Source: Candidatus Saccharimonadota bacterium
Lineage (GTDB): Bacteria; Pseudomonadota; Gammaproteobacteria; Enterobacterales; Enterobacteriaceae
Length of the DNA stretch: 32,000 nucleotides
Reading direction: 5' to 3'
Assembly: GCF_017656055.1 (NCBI RefSeq)
Contig: NZ_CP069383.1
Location: 60,001 to 92,000 of the forward strand
The notes beneath the pieces are model-generated. The model was given only the letters and a program-made list of their open reading frames with translations. It did not search any database and was not told where the DNA came from. Of the stretch, positions 28,037-32,000 are shown in pieces. The number at the start of each line of letters is the position of its first letter. Position 1 is the stretch's first letter. A program made the position numbers and the translations under genes.

Positions 28037-28300
28037 AATATTTTATTTTTTTTTAAAATATTTATTTTTTTTATTTATATATATAAAAGTAAAAATAAAT
28101 ATTTAATTAAATAAATAGTTAATGTTTATTTTTTTTTTAAAATATTATAATATATTACATATTTTTAATTAATATAAAAATAATAAATTAAAAATTAAAA
28201 AAAATAAATAATTGAATTTATTAATAAAATATATTTTTTTTTATTATTATTTTTTAATGTTTTAAATAAAATTAATAATAATACTTTTATTTATAAATAA

Positions 28301-28329
28301 AATCTTATATAATTTTATTATATAAGATT
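28301..28329. repeat. Perfect inverted repeat (13-bp stem, 3-nt loop) 25 nt upstream of the tktA start
   Basis: AATCTTATATAAT-TTT-ATTATATAAGATT. It contains the only matched C/G pair in an otherwise almost pure A/T spacer. Confidence 0.5.
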
Positions 28330-28354
28330 CAAAAAAAATTTTTTAATAAAAAAA

Positions 28355-30370
28355 ATGAATTGTAGTAGAAAAAGATTAGCAAATGCAATAAGAATATTAA
28401 GTATGGATTCAGTTGAATATGCTAAATCAGGACATCCAGGATCAGCAATGGGTATGGCAGATGTTGCTGAAGTTTTATGGAGAGATTATATAAATCATAA
28501 TCCTAATAATCCAAATTGGTTTAATAGAGATAGATTTATACTATCAAATGGACATAGTTCAATTTTATTATATAGTATACTACATTTAACAGGATATAAT
28601 TTATCTATAGAAGATTTAAAAAATTTTAGAAAAATAAATTCTAAAACACCAGGACACCCAGAGTATGGAAATACTTCTGGGATAGAAATTTCAACAGGAC
28701 CTTTAGGACAAGGTCTAGCAAATGCTGTAGGTTTTGCTATATCTGAAAAAGTATTATCAAGTCAATTTAATAAACCAGGTTATAATATAATAGATAATTA
28801 TACATATGTATTTGTAGGTGATGGTTGTTTAATGGAAGGAATATCTCATGAAGCTTGTTCTATAGCTGGAAATTTAAATTTAGGTAAACTAATAGTTTTT
28901 TATGATAAAAATGGTATATCAATAGATGGTTATACTAAAAATTGGTTTAATGATAATACAGAATTAAGATTTATATCATATGGATGGAATGTAATAAATA
29001 TTGATGGTCATAATAGTTTAGATATAAAAAATGCTATAAATGAAGCAAGAAATGTATTAAATAAACCTAGTTTAATAATATGTAATACAATAATTGGATA
29101 TGGATCTCCTAATAAATCTAATAAAAATATTATACATGGTAATCCATTAGGTAAAGAAGAAATAAAATTAACAAGAGATAATTTAAATTGGAAAATATAT
29201 GATGAATTTTTTATTCCAAGTGATATATATAAAGAATGGAATTCTTTAGAAAAAGGTAATATTAAAGAATCAAATTGGAATAAATTATTTTTAGAATATT
29301 CAAATAAGTTTCCAGAATTATCAAAAGAATTAATAAGAAGAATAAATAAATCTCTTCCTTATGATTGGGAATATAAAAATAATATTTTTTTAAATGAATT
29401 CTTAAAAAATGATTTATATAATAATATTTCTACTAGAGAAGCTTCTAAAAATATATTAGAAAAATATGGAAAATTATTACCAGAATTATTAGGAGGATCT
29501 GCAGATTTATCTTCTAGTAATTTAACTAATTGGTCAAATCTATCATATATAAAGTATAATACTTCTGGTAATTATATATATTTTGGTGTTAGAGAATTTG
29601 CTATGACAGCAATATCAAATGGTATATCTATATATAAAGGTTTTATACCTTATACTAGTACATTTTTGGTATTTTCAGATTATGCTAAAAATGCTATAAG
29701 AATGTCATCTATAATGTCAATTCAAAATATATTTATATATACACATGATTCTATATTATTAGGAGAAGATGGTCCTACTCATCAACCAATAGAACATATT
29801 AATTCATTAAGAGATGTACCTAATTTAATATTATGGAGACCTTGTAATCAAATAGAAACATTTTTTGCTTGGAAAAATGCTATAGAAAATAGAAATAAAC
29901 CTACTGTTATAATTTTATCTAGACAAAAAATAAAAAATTATATAGATTTAGATATAAATATTAATAATATATCTAAAGGTGGATATATATTAAAAGAAAA
30001 TAATAGTAAAAATAATGATTTAAATATATCTATAATATTTTCAGGTTCAGAAATAGAAATATCTATGGAAATTTATAATTATTTAATAAGTAAAAATATA
30101 AATTGTAAAATTATATCAATGCCATCTATATCAATATTTATGAATCAAAGTAAAGAATATAGAAAAAATATAATAGATAATAATTCAAAAAAAATAATTA
30201 TAGAATTATGTACTACAAATTATTGGTATAAATATGTAAATTATAATGATAGTATTATTATAGGTTTAGAAGATTTTGGAAAATCAGGATCGGATTTAGA
30301 CTTAATAAATATATTTAAGTTTGATTTAAATTCTATAATTAATAAAATTAATTTATTTTTAAAAATATAA
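28355..30370 (+). CDS. tktA: Transketolase
   Basis: 671 aa, alignable along its whole length. SGHPGSAMGMADVAEVLW, the ThDP motif GDGCLMEGISHE, and EDGPTHQPIEH. Confidence 0.97.
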   Translation: MNCSRKRLANAIRILSMDSVEYAKSGHPGSAMGMADVAEVLWRDYINHNPNNPNWFNRDRFILSNGHSSILLYSILHLTGYNLSIEDLKNFRKINSKTPGHPEYGNTSGIEISTGPLGQGLANAVGFAISEKVLSSQFNKPGYNIIDNYTYVFVGDGCLMEGISHEACSIAGNLNLGKLIVFYDKNGISIDGYTKNWFNDNTELRFISYGWNVINIDGHNSLDIKNAINEARNVLNKPSLIICNTIIGYGSPNKSNKNIIHGNPLGKEEIKLTRDNLNWKIYDEFFIPSDIYKEWNSLEKGNIKESNWNKLFLEYSNKFPELSKELIRRINKSLPYDWEYKNNIFLNEFLKNDLYNNISTREASKNILEKYGKLLPELLGGSADLSSSNLTNWSNLSYIKYNTSGNYIYFGVREFAMTAISNGISIYKGFIPYTSTFLVFSDYAKNAIRMSSIMSIQNIFIYTHDSILLGEDGPTHQPIEHINSLRDVPNLILWRPCNQIETFFAWKNAIENRNKPTVIILSRQKIKNYIDLDININNISKGGYILKENNSKNNDLNISIIFSGSEIEISMEIYNYLISKNINCKIISMPSISIFMNQSKEYRKNIIDNNSKKIIIELCTTNYWYKYVNYNDSIIIGLEDFGKSGSDLDLINIFKFDLNSIINKINLFLKI

Positions 30371-30371
30371 T

Positions 30372-31613
30372 ATGATATATTTTGTAATTTTTATATTAAG
30401 TAACATATACTATTTTTTTTATATAATTATAAATGATAAAATATTAGCTTTTGTTAATGATAAAATTATACTAAAAAGTGATTTATTAAATTATGTTAGA
30501 TATAATAGACTTTATAATGATTTATATAAAAATTATAATTATGATTTATCTAATTTAAATAATCTAGTAAAGGATATAATTATTTATAATATTTCTAGAA
30601 AAAAAATAAAAATAGATAATAAAATAATTAATAAAATTATAAGTATAAAAGCAAAAAAAAATTTTTTATCTAAAAAGGATTATATAGAATATATTCTTGA
30701 TAATAATATAAATAAAAAATTTTATAAATTATATATAAAAAGAAAAATATATAATCATATTTTTATAAATAAATATATAAAAAATAAAATATTTATTAAT
30801 GATAAAGAAATAGATTATTATAAAAATTATTTTAATATAAGTGATAATTTTATTAAAAATTTATATTGTAAAATGAATTTATATATATTAAAAATAAATA
30901 GTATTAAAATTAACAATAAAATTATTGATAAAATATCAAAAATTTTTTTTTATAATAAAAATAATTTAGTTAAGTTACAAAATAATATATTATTAAAAAA
31001 AAGTAATAATATAAATTTTATAAAATATAATGAAATAAATTTTAAAAATATTCCTATATTTATAAGAAAGAAAATAAACTTATTAAAAAGTGAAAAAATA
31101 GAATTTAAAAAAAAAATTATTATTAATAATAATATTTTTTTAATAAGAATATGTAAAGTTAAAAAACCTAATATTGATTCTATAGTTTATGTTAAAAGAT
31201 TTAATTGTTTTTATATAAATAATAAAAATACTATTAATAATAAAAAAGAAATTTTTAATTTATTTAATTATTTAAGTATAAATAATAAAAAAAATAATTT
31301 AAATTTTATAAAAAAAAAATTTAAAAATGTTAATTTTATTAAAAAATACTATTTTGTAAAAAAAAATATTAATTATCAATTATTAAAAGAAATAAGAAAA
31401 ATAAATTGTAAAAATATATTATCAAATCCTATATTAATAAATAATAGATGGATTTTATTAAAATTATATAATATAGAAAGTATGAAATTAATAGATTTTT
31501 ATAAAGAAAAAATAATATCAAATATTTTATATAATAGAAAAATAAATTTTTATATAAATTTTATAATAAAAAAGAATAAAAATATGTTTAAAATATATAA
31601 AAATGTTAATTAA
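30372..31613 (+). CDS. surA: Periplasmic chaperone SurA-like (highly diverged)
   Basis: 413 aa. It has a hydrophobic N-terminus. DKILAFVNDKIILKSDL matches SurA DKVAAVVNNGVVLESDV. The C-terminal blocks NRWILLKLYN and ILYNRKINFYINFIIKKNKNMFKIY match SurA GWHLIELLD and [26 protein letters not shown]. It lies directly upstream of rsmA, as E. coli surA-pdxA-rsmA. Confidence 0.65.
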   Translation: MIYFVIFILSNIYYFFYIIINDKILAFVNDKIILKSDLLNYVRYNRLYNDLYKNYNYDLSNLNNLVKDIIIYNISRKKIKIDNKIINKIISIKAKKNFLSKKDYIEYILDNNINKKFYKLYIKRKIYNHIFINKYIKNKIFINDKEIDYYKNYFNISDNFIKNLYCKMNLYILKINSIKINNKIIDKISKIFFYNKNNLVKLQNNILLKKSNNINFIKYNEINFKNIPIFIRKKINLLKSEKIEFKKKIIINNNIFLIRICKVKKPNIDSIVYVKRFNCFYINNKNTINNKKEIFNLFNYLSINNKKNNLNFIKKKFKNVNFIKKYYFVKKNINYQLLKEIRKINCKNILSNPILINNRWILLKLYNIESMKLIDFYKEKIISNILYNRKINFYINFIIKKNKNMFKIYKNVN

Positions 31614-32000
31614 AAAAAAAAAACCAATTTTTGATCAATATATTTTAAAAAATAATAATATTATAAAAGAAATTATAAAATTAGTAAACATATCTTTTAA
31701 TGATAATATTTTGGAAATAGGACCCGGTACAGGGTCCTTAACAAATGAAATATTAAAGTATAATAATAAAATATCTATTGTAGAAATAGATAAAAATATA
31801 TTACCTATTAAATTTTTTAATAATAAAAATATTAATTTATTTATAGAAAATGCAATATATTTTAATATAAGTAAAATATATAATATAAAAAAAAAAAAAG
31901 TTAGAATAATTGGAAATTTACCATATAAAGTTTCTATACCAATAATAATAAATTTAATAAAATATAGATTTTATATAGAAGATATAAATATTATGATACA
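31603..32000 (+). CDS. rsmA: 16S rRNA (adenine1518/1519-N6)-dimethyltransferase RsmA/KsgA, 5' part (runs off the window)
   Basis: Hand translation is MLIKKKKPIFDQYILKNNNIIKEII...ILEIGPGTGSLTNEIL...VRIIGNLPYKVSIPIIINL. It matches KsgA GQNFL, EIGPGLAALT and GNLPYNIS. The frame is open to the window end. It is absent from the ORF track. Confidence 0.88.
   Translation, partial: MLIKKKKPIFDQYILKNNNIIKEIIKLVNISFNDNILEIGPGTGSLTNEILKYNNKISIVEIDKNILPIKFFNNKNINLFIENAIYFNISKIYNIKKKKVRIIGNLPYKVSIPIIINLIKYRFYIEDINIMI

Noticed and set aside
28037-28354. Possible replication origin in the long AT-only divergent spacer between ligA and tktA
   Set aside because: I see no DnaA-box-like 9-mers (TTATCCACA and variants), no 13-mer repeat set, and no flanking dnaA, dnaN, mnmG or gyrB. 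Gene orientation switches many times elsewhere in the window. Extreme AT richness is the genome-wide background here, so it is not diagnostic.
1-32000. Alternative genetic code (UGA read as Trp), as in some tiny symbiont genomes
   Set aside because: Under the standard code, the well-conserved homologues (e.g. tktA, ftsH, pnp, clpP, clpX) align end to end with their E. coli counterparts, and the shortened ones are explained by domain loss. Conserved Trp positions are TGG (for example in tktA). TGA gives sensible stops for rpmF and ligA.
1-32000. CRISPR arrays, IS elements, prophage, or defence or toxin systems
   Set aside because: I found no spaced direct repeats beyond low-complexity A/T runs. 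No transposase, integrase or nuclease-like ORFs are present. Every ORF over 100 aa is accounted for by a housekeeping family.

Overview
The window is extremely AT-rich. By eye, G+C is far below 20% outside the tRNA genes. It is very tightly packed, and every gene is a core housekeeping gene, which fits a highly reduced gammaproteobacterial (Enterobacterales-like) insect-endosymbiont genome. I cannot name the organism from sequence alone. The standard genetic code applies: Trp is TGG, and TGA and TAA both act as stops. Gene content is replication (dnaB 3' part, exonuclease-only polA, holB, dnaQ, ligA), translation (tilS, proS, infB, rbfA, rpsO, rpmA, rplU, rpmF, argS, gltX, mnmA, rlmE, rsmA, obg), RNA turnover (pnp, deaD), proteostasis (ftsH, clpP, clpX, surA), envelope (murJ, a PAP2 phosphatase), tktA, greA and a TatD-family hydrolase. 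I folded 13 tRNA genes by hand. They are the only GC-rich islands in the window. Gene order follows the E. coli K-12 map in several blocks: rplU-rpmA-obg-greA-rlmE-ftsH-metY-infB-rbfA-rpsO-pnp-deaD, rpmF...holB-ycfH, dnaQ-aspV, clpP-clpX, gltX with divergent Val-Lys tRNAs then ligA, and surA-rsmA. Many intervening genes are deleted. Three short coding regions (rpsO, rpmF, one orphan ORF) and the open-ended rsmA 5' part are missing from the supplied ORF track. I found no CRISPR array, mobile element, defence island, toxin-antitoxin pair or other accessory system, and I do not claim a novel system. What is worth a second look is all a consequence of extreme genome reduction: domain losses (ProRS editing domain, IF2 N-terminus, LigA BRCT, Pol I polymerase), a probable degenerate secG, genes whose stop codons lie inside tRNA genes, stereotyped 11-nt gene overlaps, orphaned rRNA-spacer tRNAs, and retained Shine-Dalgarno sites with a TTG start at pnp.
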